A DNA stretch of 63,983 nucleotides, filler included, from Catajapyx aquilonaris (Eukaryota), in NCBI GenBank assembly GCA_000934665.2. It is 3 parts of 3 records of this genome, joined end to end, with 100 filler letters (N's around TTAATTAATTAA, not from the genome) between each part and the next. Parts side by side here need not be neighbours in the genome. Positions count along the whole stretch, not along the records: positions 21,538 to 42,971 come from JYFJ02006055.1; positions 43,072 to 63,983 come from JYFJ02006163.1; 1 more part is not named here. The stretch is one strand, 5' to 3'. The notes beneath the pieces were generated by a model, which worked only from the letters and a program-made list of their open reading frames with translations, was not told where the DNA came from and did no database searches. The position numbers and the translations under genes were made by a program. Shown one piece after another: positions 39,830 to 51,235 of the stretch. How positions within the stretch are numbered: the first letter of the stretch is position 1; every line of letters begins with the position of its first letter.

Positions 39830-40283
39830 TATAATTGTGGGTAGTGCTTTCAGCTTTGTTGGGTACATCGCACGGACCTTTATTGGTGTTGGTATACGAT
39901 GTCCTATGGGGCTCAAATTGTTTTGGCCACTTTATCCTGGTCTTGAAGCAACCCTTTGTACAGGCCCCACTACGTGCAGGTGTGTGTGTGTGAAGGGTTG
40001 CTTCAAGACCAGGATAAAGTGGCCAAAACAATTTGAGCCCCAGAGTATACATATATGGAACCTTTATGTGAAACACCCAGGTCCACGGCAGGGTAGGCAG
40101 GAAGGGATGTGCAATGTCGTTGCTGTGGTCATTTTGTGAACTCCCCTGGGTGGTTAGTCGCAAGGAATCCGACCTGAGACGAAGCCAGAGATGATCCCGA
40201 ACTCTGCACCAGATGAAGGGGGGAATGCCCGGGCTGGGTATCGAACCCTGGATCCTTACATCTGTGGGGGCATACGTTACCGC
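39830..40283 (-). mobile_element. tRNA-derived SINE family D interrupted by a small foldback insertion
   Basis: Aligns by eye with 23158-23456 (-) and 54837-54990 (+). An extra ~150-bp palindromic insert at about 39895-40047 is absent from the 23 kb copy. Confidence 0.75.
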
Positions 40284-41205
40284 AGAGCCACTCCGTCTCC
40301 CTTACTCACAATTACTATTTTCAGGTAACAGGTCGGAGTGGTGGTACCTACACTGTATGATACAAACTATCTTGAAATAATATTGTTGTGTATGGACCTA
40401 GCGTAAGTTTTTCCAGGAGTGGAATGAAATGTGTTGTGGGGAGTTGGGTGACAGAGGCAATGCCCTCCAGTCAGTGAAAGTTAGGCCAGCCAATGTGAGG
40501 ATGGTTTAGCCCACCACTCTGTTGTATTGTACCAATACCTTGACCAATACACTAGTTACAATAGTTGCCAACATCTGTTGTTTCAATCCAAGACTGACCA
40601 AGTTACAACATATTTTAAAAGAGGTACAGGACAAAAAAAGGTTTGGGAACCAGTGGCAGAGAGAATGCTTTGTTGGCACTATAAATGCTTGACCACTCTC
40701 TCCATCAGCCTTCACATCCAATGATCCTGTGCATCTGAAAGTTTATGGAAAAATTCCAGCACCAAGGACTGGTTGACAAAGATTGACAGAGTACACTAAA
40801 CCACCAATTTGTATTTAACGAAGGTTTATTAATTCAAAGTATGAAGTACAAGATAGGCACAAACGTCCAAAATTAAAGAACACTATCTTTGTCCGTATAA
40901 AAATCGAGTATGACAAGACTGGAGAATGATCCCAGAATTGAGCATGATGAAAGACAAAAAACAAACAACAAATCAATATTTCCAAATAAAGCAGTGTACA
41001 GCTTGTACTATCTTTACCTTTTGCACACTGCTTGGCACTACATAGCGCATAAGGTTCTCACATTATCAAATTTCAGTCCAAATACAAGGTGGCTGAAAAG
41101 TCCCACATCAATGGAGAAGTCTGTGATATGCTTTGTAACAATTTTTTCATTCCACAGGTGAACCATGTTGTGTGTGGTCCTTATTCTCCTCTGTGGATGC
41201 AAAGG

Positions 41206-41390
41206 CTACACCCATTGTGGTCCTGAATTTTTGGAGCCATCTGGTCCTGGTGCTTTGCACTGAGACTCCCAAGGTACTTTCAATTTTCTCTCTTGATACC
41301 TTCCATTAAATTCCGCCGTGCAGACTCTGTGGGTGTAGCCTTCGTGTCCGCAGAGGAGCATGAGTTCAACAAGCTCGTCAGTGGTCAACG
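41206..41390 (-). mobile_element. Possible Tc1-like (DUF4817-type) transposase N-terminal relic
   Basis: TTDELVELMLLCGHEGYTHRVCTAEFNGRY resembles the HTH start of these transposases. Flanked by ~60-bp direct repeats at about 41023 and 41555. Confidence 0.35.
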
Positions 41391-42206
41391 TGGTTCACCC
41401 TCCCCTTTGATACGGAACTTTTCAGCCACCCTGTAGTACCTACAAGGTACATGAAGTACACATCTCAAATGCCTTCTTGTCACTCTCTCCTGAATGACGA
41501 AGGACAAAAAGTAAACAATAAATGAACACATCCTAATAAAGCAACGTACCATTTGCACAAAACTTGGCACAAAATAGTGCACAAGGTTCTCACATTATCA
41601 GATATTTCAGCCCAAATAATAGAAATAGCTACACCTAACAACTGTTGAGCTTGTTGCTGAGTCAAGTTGTACCAGCACATTATTCAGCAAGTATCAGATC
41701 TTCATTTTTTAGAAAACAGCCCTCAGTCGAACTGTAGCAGACTATGAGAGATCCGTTACATTCAAATATTTGGCATTCTTACTGAATCCCATGTTAAATG
41801 ATTTTCAAATGTCCCTACTTTTCACGATGAAAATGCATTATTCCTTTTTCTTACCAACCATGAAATTGGCAGGTTACAAATCAAAGGAACTTGCATATTA
41901 CTATAGTTTACACCACTTTGTTTCATTAAGAAAGAATGGCAAAGGTGAGGCATGATTTCCAACACTGCTATGCTAGTCAACTTAAAGGGAATGCCAAAAA
42001 ATCATATGGTTGCACCAACAATGACAAACATCACAGAGTATTTTTAAAAAGTCATAATCAACTTAACTGAAGGCACAACATCTCACTTGTAACATCTCAA
42101 CACAATTTGCTGCGGTAGTGCGATATCACAGATTTTATCTGAATACTGTTAATTTTCATCTAAATATAAATTATCCTATTGGCTTCAGAACTTCTCCATC
42201 TCTGCT

Positions 42207-42337
42207 TCAGGTCACAGATATTACTTTGAAGACATTCTGAGCGTCACGTTTCCTCTTTAGAGGGGTCCGCACAGTTTCCGAGTGCCTCTCCAGACCTCGC
42301 CGGTCTAGAAGTTGCCTCAATTCTTCTCTTGTGAATA
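42207..42337 (-). CDS. Isolated terminal-exon-like segment, tentatively HELLS/LSH helicase C-terminus-like
   Basis: Acceptor ctgttttcag, then VFTREELRQLLDRRGLERHSETVRTPLKRKRDAQNVFKVISVT*. Resembles the 'SDxELExLLDRSDL...FKV' tail of LSH. Upstream exons could not be resolved before the transposon at 42541 and the gap. Confidence 0.3.
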
Positions 42338-42971
42338 CTGAAAACAGATATGGCACTCAGTAAGATTTCACTTGTGACATTAGAAGACCATGCCTACAAC
42401 CTGTAGAATTTCTTCAGGATTAAGATTAACAATAAACCTTGACAAATGTTTTCCATCCTCATCCATCTGTGGTCATTTGAACGTTTAAAAAAAATAAATA
42501 AAATAATAATAAAAAAATATATATATATATATATATATATGAGGGATTCCACGTCAAGCGGGACACTTTCCGACAAATCTTTGAGGACCTTGACCAAAAT
42601 TTAATAACATGTACTACTCATCGACCTATGCAGGAACCCAAATTATTACACCTCTGCGTTGCGTGGTTGCGTAACCACAGGGTGTCAAATATGCCCATTT
42701 TCGAGCATTTTTGCTACGTTCGCGGTCACTTTGATGGCCATATCTCCTAGAAGGTCAGGTCAAATATAACATTTGATATGTGCATTCGAAGGGGCATTTT
42801 ACGCTCTATGACATGGTCGTGTTCATTTTTAAGAAATCCAAAAATGCAAAGTCAAAGATGGCGCCAGAAACTTTGATTTTGACATTGCTTATTGATGGCC
42901 CCCTACCACTTCTTTTGAATGGCACTTAAAATGACAAGGGCAATGTTTACTTCATATTTCCGAAAAATCTG

Positions 42972-43071
42972 NNNNNNNNNNNNNNNNNNNNNNNNNNNNN
43001 NNNNNNNNNNNNNNNTTAATTAATTAANNNNNNNNNNNNNNNNNNNNNNNNNNNNNNNNNNNNNNNNNNNN
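42972..43071. other. Assembly gap with artificial linker
   Basis: Same 44N-TTAATTAATTAA-44N structure as the gap at 21438. Confidence 0.95.
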
Positions 43072-43308
43072 CCTTGAAAGAAATATTAATATTTCGATAA
43101 CTAAATTTAATCTCGTAAAACTGATTGCTCCATAAGGGTTCAATTGGATGTGGGTTTCACATATATTTAAAAAAAAAAAATCGAAGACCATGACTGGGCA
43201 CCCACCGTCTGGATTGAAAAGGAACCAGCCTATTGTTTTTTTCATCCCAAAGCTGATATTATTGTGACATCATGTTAACAAGCCAGTGTTTTTTATTTTA
43301 TTTTTCAG

Positions 43309-43585
43309 ATTCAACGAAAGAGTAGAGGAGCTGTCAAAGATATACCGCGACCAGCCTGAATCCCCATTGGATCGTGCCATATTCTGGATCGAATATATCA
43401 TACGTCACAATGGTGCACCCCACCTACGTTCCATTGCCAGAAATATGTCCTATTACCAGCTCTATCTAATCGATGTGCTATTTTTTATCGGATTCGTCGT
43501 AGTCAGCTTTCTGGTGCTCAGTTATGTCACTCTGCGCAAACTACGCCTCATATGTTGTGGTTCTCCCAAGCATAAAAAAGATTAA
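43309..43585 (+). CDS. UDP-glycosyltransferase, terminal exon only (upstream exons lost at the assembly gap)
   Basis: Acceptor tttttcag at 43308. Translation FNERVEELSKIYRDQPESPLDRAIFWIEYIIRHNGAPHLRS, then a TM helix and dilysine tail KHKKD*. Homologous to the last exons of the two neighbouring UGTs. Confidence 0.9.
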
Positions 43586-44782
43586 ATAATACTACATATA
43601 ATGGGCGGGATTAAAGGTACATAATACCTCTAATTTTTTTAAATGCTTCCAGATCAATTTGATATACGGGATATTCGAGGGACATTCTGACATTCTCCTC
43701 TAAATTGACTACCTGCCAAGTAACGTAACTAAAAATACAAATTGTAACTTCCACTTAATGTAATGTCTATTTCGTAAGCCAGAAATATGATGTAGGTTAA
43801 CCCTCACTTAATGTTTATCCAATGTACCATCTGTCACCCAATAAAATTACAGCTAACTATTACTCTGAACCAATTACCAATGCAAGAAAAAGGGCTCAAG
43901 GTTCCATGTGTTTCTTACCATTGTTTCTGAAGGATGACCAACCACCTATACAGTATTTGTTTTTGTGAGTTATGTACTGTACGCCTACAAATGGATAAGC
44001 GGCACCTTTGCAACTTCAACCTGCGACATCTTCATAACCCCATCTGGATCAACTTGCCTTTAAAGCCCAAGGTCAAGTTTGTTTCCTCGCTTTAACAAGT
44101 CTATAATTTACGGGCACGCCGCATCCTCGTTTGTGAACTCAAGATATGATGATGCAATAGAGAGTATCATGAAATTATATAAGAATAGACTAAATATGTC
44201 CGAAAAATGACGCCAGATGTCTGCTAAATTCTGAAAAAGACCTTTCACGATGTAAATGAAAATTTGATTCAAATGGGCAACTATCGAATGAATGGGAAAT
44301 GGTTCGGGAATTGGTAGTTCTAAAAAAAACTCCCGAAAGCATTCGATAAATTAATCATGTAATTTTGTGGATTTTGCTTATTATTACACATCTGAAATCA
44401 AAATCTCATTTTCAGCCAGTTTCATCCAACCCCACTTTGCCATAACCGAATCTACTTGTACTTGTACTAACGAGAAAAACTAACTCGACAATAATATCAG
44501 TAGACTATTGTTTTCTGTTTTTTTCACTTTGATTTCCAGGAACGTGCATTGCTCTACGACGCGTCTCACCTGCCTTCTTGAACAATCACATGTCAACATT
44601 ACTGAAATGAGTGCAATAGTGAAACAATCAGAATATATAGCCGACTTCAAACGGGCACATGATTTAATTCCTCATTAAAATATTGCAAATTGATGATTTA
44701 AAAAATGCAATACCACCATGGGCTGGTTTTTTAATGTGATGAGGAATTCTTGACTTCTTGTGGAAAGAATATGTATCACGAT

Positions 44783-45557
44783 TTATGATCCCTTCGGTGG
44801 ACTCCTACGAGCTGTCTTTGGGGACGGCAACGCAGTCCTATAGAAGAACCTAGCATGGCTGAGTCGTTCTTGGACAGTTTCCAATCTCTGTCGGAGTTCT
44901 GTCAGGCTCACCTCTGGCTGTAACTGTGCGGCAGTCGAGAATCCTGAAAAAGAGACCCTTTTTAAAATTTTTGACAAGACCTTCAAATCACACTGATTAT
45001 TATTATCCATATCTAAAAGTGGATAGAAAAAAATCACACAAATCAGCCATACGATTATTAAATTTTAGTCATTATTTTAGTTTTTTAAACATTATTACAA
45101 CCCCCCTCTCCAGGTAGTGATCTGGGGGTGCAGGTCAAGTCGAACATGCCCGACTCAAGGATAAAAATGCAGGAAGAAGTTGAAAAAAAATCTGGTTGCG
45201 GACTTGGACACACTTACAACAAAAAAATGCATATTTTCTCTATGTTATACGTTCATCCATACCCCTGTAGGCAACGTTCCGGATGAAGTTAGATGTTTCT
45301 TCAAGAAGATTCAGCGTATCTTCCACATGCAGGGCATATCCTTGGTCCCAAGCCGTTAAATTATTGGCGGGACAATGGCCGGTGGCAATGGTCGGCTGAA
45401 GAACTGAAAAGCATTGTCGCGAATAAGTCAAGCCCAACACATGATGTAGCGGTTTAACCTCACCTGAACGCCGCCTATTGGCCGGATCATCCTCTTCGTC
45501 CGAGTCGTACGGATCACTGTTGGTCACTTGATTGCTCGTCCTCTTATTACCGGACAT
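44783..45557 (-). CDS. Unrecognised spliced small protein (131 aa), candidate orphan gene
   Basis: Exons 45557-45464, 45403-45263 and 44943-44783 are joined by GT-AG introns (gtgagg...ttttcag; gtatgg...ttttcag), both phase 1. The product is one open frame of 396 nt. Possible further upstream exons at about 45637-45830. Confidence 0.55.
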
Positions 45558-46064
45558 CTCGAAAATGATCTGCAGGAAGCGGTAATTGTGTTGTACTTAT
45601 AGTGTCCGTAATAATATAATTAATCCGATTGCTTACACTTGTGGCTTTCGTCCTGGTCCACTGAGGTTTGCTGCTGCTGCACAACAATGAAACACAAATC
45701 CTGGGAGGTGTGAAAAAGGTCAATGCTTCAAGGGTGCACCTTTCCCCCGGAGAGTGCCCGGACTATCTGTAGCCCTATATTCTTGTATGGCTGGGTCGAT
45801 GTCTGTATAGGATGGCGCATTTGGCTTTCTGAGAAGAAGCCATTATACAGATAACATTAAACTGTTCGCATTTCTCCGGGTACGCTCTGCACCTGTCGTG
45901 GGAGCTGCTTAGTAATTATTTAAGGGCGGGTTTTACAAGTTTATTAAAAATATACATGGAGAAATAACCAATTACGTATACTGTACAGTACCGGTATGTA
46001 TTTACAATACACAATCTGAGTACACAATATGCATTTCACCTTTGCCATCATATATTTTTAGGGT

Positions 46065-48442
46065 CTACTCTCTTTTAAGTTTTCGATGCATACAACACCT
46101 CTTCATGAGGCAGCGAAGAGTAACAATTATTGCAGTAATTATGATAGCACATAGTACGAAAATAAATGTTATGACATCCAGCAGGTAATACTGGTAAAGA
46201 GGAAGGTTTCTAGCATGTGAGCGCATATGTGGAGCGCCTCCGTGTCGGATCACATACTCGGTCCAAAAGGCAGCACGTTCCAAAGGAGTCTCAGGTTGAT
46301 CTTTGTATATCTTCGAGATCTCTCGTGCTCTTCGTCGTGCACTAACAAGTAAGATGAAGGTCACAAATCGGAAACTGTATTACTGTACATACAAAAAGAA
46401 CACAATTTTAAAATACCTTGGTTCTGTCAGTAATCTTTTCAGGGCGTCAACGAGAGCCTGCTTACTAATTTCTGAGAGCTCTAAATGCACAGCAAATCCG
46501 CCTTTATTTGCCCGGATAGCATTGCTGTCTTGGTCGCCAAAGAATGGAATGACCAGCATTGGGACACCGTGATACAAGGCCTCATGTTGACCCAGAAGAC
46601 CTCCGTGGGTGATGAACAGCCGACATTTTTCGTGACCTACAAAATTTGATTACGATCAAGATTTATCTGCACAAACCTGTGCATATTAAGCTTATTCAGA
46701 CTTTTGCTAAGTGTACAACAGAGCTCTGACCTCTTCTCTTGTCCCCAACATTTTAAACCAATCACAATCCCCAAATTGCATAATTATTATAATTATCACT
46801 CTAAAGACATTATTTCCTATGAATTTCATTCATAGAAAATAAGAATAAATGAATTAAATTCAAATAAGAATAAATGAATTAAAGTCAAATAAATAAGAAT
46901 AAATGAATTAAATTCAAATAAGAATAAATGAATTAAATTCAAATAAGAATAAATGAATTAAAGTCAAATAAATAAGAATAAATGAATTAAATTCAAATAA
47001 ATAAGAATAAATGAATTAAATTCAAATAAAATAATAAATTGAAATCAAAATACTAAATTGACACAAACACGAAATAAATTCAAATGAAATAATAAAATTA
47101 ATTCAAATAAAAATCTTACACTATACCGTTAGTGATATATAACAAGTGAAGTTTGTCGGTATGTCCTATTTCCATTCCCCTCTACCGTCCCCTCCCCCCT
47201 ACCGCCCTTCTCTGCCATAGCAATGGGGTTACCATGGCAACTGGTTACCATCGCAACTCTTCTACCATTCATTCAATATATTAATTCTTCAATTCCCGTG
47301 CGAAGAACGGGTCTTCTGATAGTACCTAATAAATCTTGCTGAGGTAGCCATTTGAAGAGCTTGACATTTGAGGGCAGCGTTTCCTCCATGGTTCCTGTCT
47401 CCCATTTCCATAGAACCTTTTGAGGTAAAGTAGAGAAAGCGTCCAAAAAGGCCCTCCTCATTTCCGGAGGCATGAACCTAGCTTGCACCACGGTTCCAAA
47501 ACTGAACAAGATGAACCCATCCTTTCCTGAGCTGCTGACAAACTCCTGGAGATGTTTCGGTAGAGGTTCAGCCTGCCTACACTGCATACCACCAACTTCA
47601 AGAACCCCTGGGAGTAGAGGCTTCGGATATTCGATGCTGAAGTGGCTGTTCAGCATCAACAAACTCACATTCTTTTGTATTTCATAAAATGAAGGCATGG
47701 AGCCGTCTACCAGCGGTTGGAAAAGAGCTTCCAGTCTGGGGAAAGTATGATATTGGTACATGAGGATGTTGCCCCAAGTGATCACAGAATTAGTCAGCCG
47801 CTCCAAGAAGGTCATATGATCAGTGTAAGGCATTAACAGTTGTGGCATAACCGACAATGGATTTGGGTTACCTGTTGCAGATGCCTGTAATAATGAAATA
47901 TTATTGTAACGTAACTAATTTCCAATTGACACCCCATAAGAGCATACCTGCCATGAATAAAATCCAGCAGTGTTGAGGTAGGCAAATGGAGATTTCAATA
48001 TGTAAGCAATTCCTAATCCACAGTCGTTCATTAAACCATCAATTATGACCAGGTCAACAGGCTTAGATGGTTTCAGAATACTTTGGGTCTCGGGGCTATC
48101 CAGGGCTAACTTGCAAATATCGGGAACAATCATCGCAAACTTCATGACACGTAACAACCTGTAATCTTCGTCTCGCAACCTAAAATAGTCCTCTTGGATA
48201 AGTTTTTGAGTATTTTCCATCACTTTTCTCGGGTTCACTTCGTGTACCCCGTGGATTTCTTCTTTGGGTGGAAACGGGGAGTAGAAAGTAACGCTGTGAC
48301 CTCGACGGACAAGTTCCTTTGTCAGAGGCCAGAACAGATTTTTGTGACTCTCCGACGCAAGAAGCATGAACATGAGAATGTGGGCTCCGTCATTTAACAT
48401 CACACATATTCCCAAAATCACAATAACACCAGTCAGCTTCAT
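46065..48442 (-). CDS. UDP-glycosyltransferase (GT1 family), 4 exons
   Basis: Exons 48442-47948, 47884-47326, 46636-46417 and 46341-46065. Signal peptide, catalytic His (ASESHKN), WLPQQDLLGH, signature FITHGGLLGQHEALYHGVPMLVIPFFGDQ, TM helix, KLKRE* ER-retrieval tail. Confidence 0.95.
46837..47035. repeat. AT-rich minisatellite in UGT intron 2
   Basis: About 7 copies of AAATAAGAATAAATGAATTAAA(T/G)TC, 25-29 nt units. Confidence 0.95.
47228..47257. promoter_or_regulatory. Tandem RFX X-box-like motifs
   Basis: GTTACCATGGCAAC (47228-47241) and GTTACCATCGCAAC (47244-47257). The first matches consensus GTTNCCATGGNAAC; the second has one mismatch. Confidence 0.4.
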
Positions 48443-48815
48443 CTTTGCTGAAGCTGTACAGTGTACACACTGAACTTACAAGGACACCGCACTGAGGCAG
48501 CAGGTAGTCGCATATAACAAAATACTGCGCAACATGATGCCATATGCTTACAATAGATCGATATATTTAACTTCAGATATGATTAAGAAGTATCGCACCT
48601 TAGAAGAAAGTACACACTCCAGGTAAGCACAAGTAGATGTGAGTAAGTGTAGCACAAAAACACTCAAATTGTTTCCGAGATTATGATGCTATCAATGCCG
48701 CTCCACACTGATAACTGAACCGCTCGACCGTAGTGCAAGGTTGTCTGTTACCAAGTGTTGCGCAATCTAGAATTGGCAAGGCCACTGCTGCACAGTAGAG
48801 GTAGCATATTTCATA

Positions 48816-49253
48816 CAGGGTGTATCAAAACTCTACCATAAACCATATGCCAATGGCATAAGGGGCACCAGGGGATCAATTAATGTAGAGGAGTCATTAT
48901 GTCTGGGCAGCCTCATTACTGAGATAATTGATCATTTGCGTTTTAGCAATTGGGCCTAAGAGTGATTGTCACAGATGGTCACAGATGGTCACAAATTGTC
49001 ACAGATCACATGCGACATGCAGTACACATGCGACATGCCAGTAGCTAAATGGAAAAGCTGCTATTTTCACGAGTGATGCGTTGTCGGGGCTGAAGGTTTC
49101 CATACCTCCCAGGATACTTTGTACTACGTGTTTGAAGGCAATTATCTCCGTAATGAGGCGGCCTAGAGATGATGACCCCTCTACATATAATGATGCTCTG
49201 GTGCCCCTTATGCCATTGGCATATGGCTTATGGTAGAGTTTTGATACACCCTG
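48816..49253. mobile_element. Tc1/mariner MITE upstream of a UGT
   Basis: TA|CAGGGTGTATCAAAACTCTACCATA ... TATGGTAGAGTTTTGATACACCCTG|TA, with inverted arms over 100 bp. Confidence 0.9.
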
Positions 49254-49399
49254 TATACAGTTTTATAATATAGTTTACGTTAACCAGCTGATAATAATTA
49301 GCCTATTTTGCAGTCGGCCTACTCTTATAATGTATAAGTGGTAAACTGAATAAATTGGTCGTTACTTTCTGAACATTGCCTTCTTTTAAATGCAATAAC

Positions 49400-49793
49400 T
49401 TATTTATTTATTTATTTGATACCTCGTGCTGGAGCCTTTTGGCTCCCTTAGTGGAGTGGAATACCACCATTTTTTCTTACAAATTTTCTTTCGCATTTTC
49501 TCTCTTGTGCAAGGATCAGGATAGGGATTTGTGAGGAGGGGACACTGGTGCAAGTGCGTTGTCTTAATGTTGGGGGTCGTGTGCAGTCCAGGGGGTCAGG
49601 TTGGATGGGTCAAGGATAGGAAAAGAAAGGGGCGGCGGTGGCCTATTATTTACGGAAGCGACCCCTGAATTTTCCTGGGAGGACCGTCGGAAACCACAGA
49701 AAACCATGGTCAGGATCGCCGGCCCTGGGACTCGAACCCAGGTCCTCCCGATTATCAGTTGGACGCCTTGTCCACTCCACCAACCTGCTTCGG
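49400..49793 (-). mobile_element. SINE with family A head and core but a different 3' tail
   Basis: Head and core match 12636-12820. The 3' body is unrelated and ends in (TAAA)n. 18-bp TSD TCTTTTAAATGCAATAAC at 49382-49399 and 49794-49811. Confidence 0.85.
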
Positions 49794-51235
49794 TCTTTTA
49801 AATGCAATAACAATTGTTGTAAAAATATTTTTTAAAGACAATAAAAGGCTGTCCCTCCTGATAGAATAATAAAAGATTAATGAATATAAATTATGGCAAT
49901 GTATAGTGGGCTGTAGAAAACGGTACTTGACTCTTGAACATCTATGTACATAAAGTATGGGGCAGCGTTTTTATTTCGGTACGGAAGTGCACCTCTTGGT
50001 GTGGTGCACCTTCGTAATTTAGAATAACATGAAATTTTGTAAACTTTCACCCAGAAGATTAACCACAGTTGGGATACCAAGTCAGGTAAATATATTGATA
50101 CTTTTGAATGTCGATAAAAGTTGGGGGTTCGCTAATTGACACGCCAGAAAAATAATAGCCCTACTAACATTTGTGATGTAATATTTATTTGGCTAATTAT
50201 TCCACTTTTGATTTATTCCATTATGTAGGTTTCTTGCGCAACCGATAGTTGACTAACTAAGCATCACTCGATATATGGTTATATGCAGTATAACGCAACT
50301 TCCTGAAATGTCAAAAAATAATGATTTCCAGCGTTCCTGCTACGCTACTCTCATCAGTGTAATCAGTACAATCATCAGTGTTTTATAAAATAAAATAAAA
50401 ACACTATATAGGCTCACAAGCCTGGCTAGGAAATATAGGCTACCTATCATTTTTCACATTCGAGAAGAAAAACTTGGGCATTTTCACAGTCAATTGGGTT
50501 TTTAATGGGTAGTCTATAAACTATAGGTCCAATTTTTTCATTTTATGACAATGACATTTATTGGACTCGTGTCAGTTTAAGTCGGTTTAAGTAGTTATTA
50601 AAAGCATTAGCTAATGTAGGGTTGCGAGGACCCATCCTTTTTGACACCTGCTATGACCCATCAGCCTACAAAAATGAGTTGGTCATTGACGTTGGATGGC
50701 AAATATTCCAAATCGTGTTCCCAATGAAAAATTCACTGAAATTCAGAGATTGGACAGATAATTCAATTAGGTCTCATTTTAGCAGCCAATACTTTGAATA
50801 TAAAAGTAAGTAATCAAATGTAACTGCTTACAAATAATCAGTTTCATCACAATACATTACTAACTAAAACAGACAATTCAATTGGAACTCGATCCGCTGT
50901 ATGAACAAACAAGATTGTGCTAGGTCATCTTGATATGAGCAAAGTATTTCATTCCCCTTTTCAAGATGTCAACAGGATAAAGAACTTGATAATATGGTCT
51001 TCCATTGCTTTTAGTTTTATTCCAAAATTACAAGTATAAATTTAAACTCATGATTGCGAGTGACAGATTCTGTCACCCAGTATAAATTACATATTGAATT
51101 TTTCATAACCTTAACTAGTTTTAAAACACACTGTGTATCACTTTGAGCTGGACTGACCTGGAGTCCCCATTGGAGACCCAGATGGACACGGAACTTTTTG
51201 CATAATAATTATTATAAAAGCAACAATTGAGTTAC

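Noticed and set aside
45102..45121. Extra micro-exon in the orphan gene
   Set aside because: The candidate is 20 nt and breaks the phase, unless the G homopolymer is mis-called.
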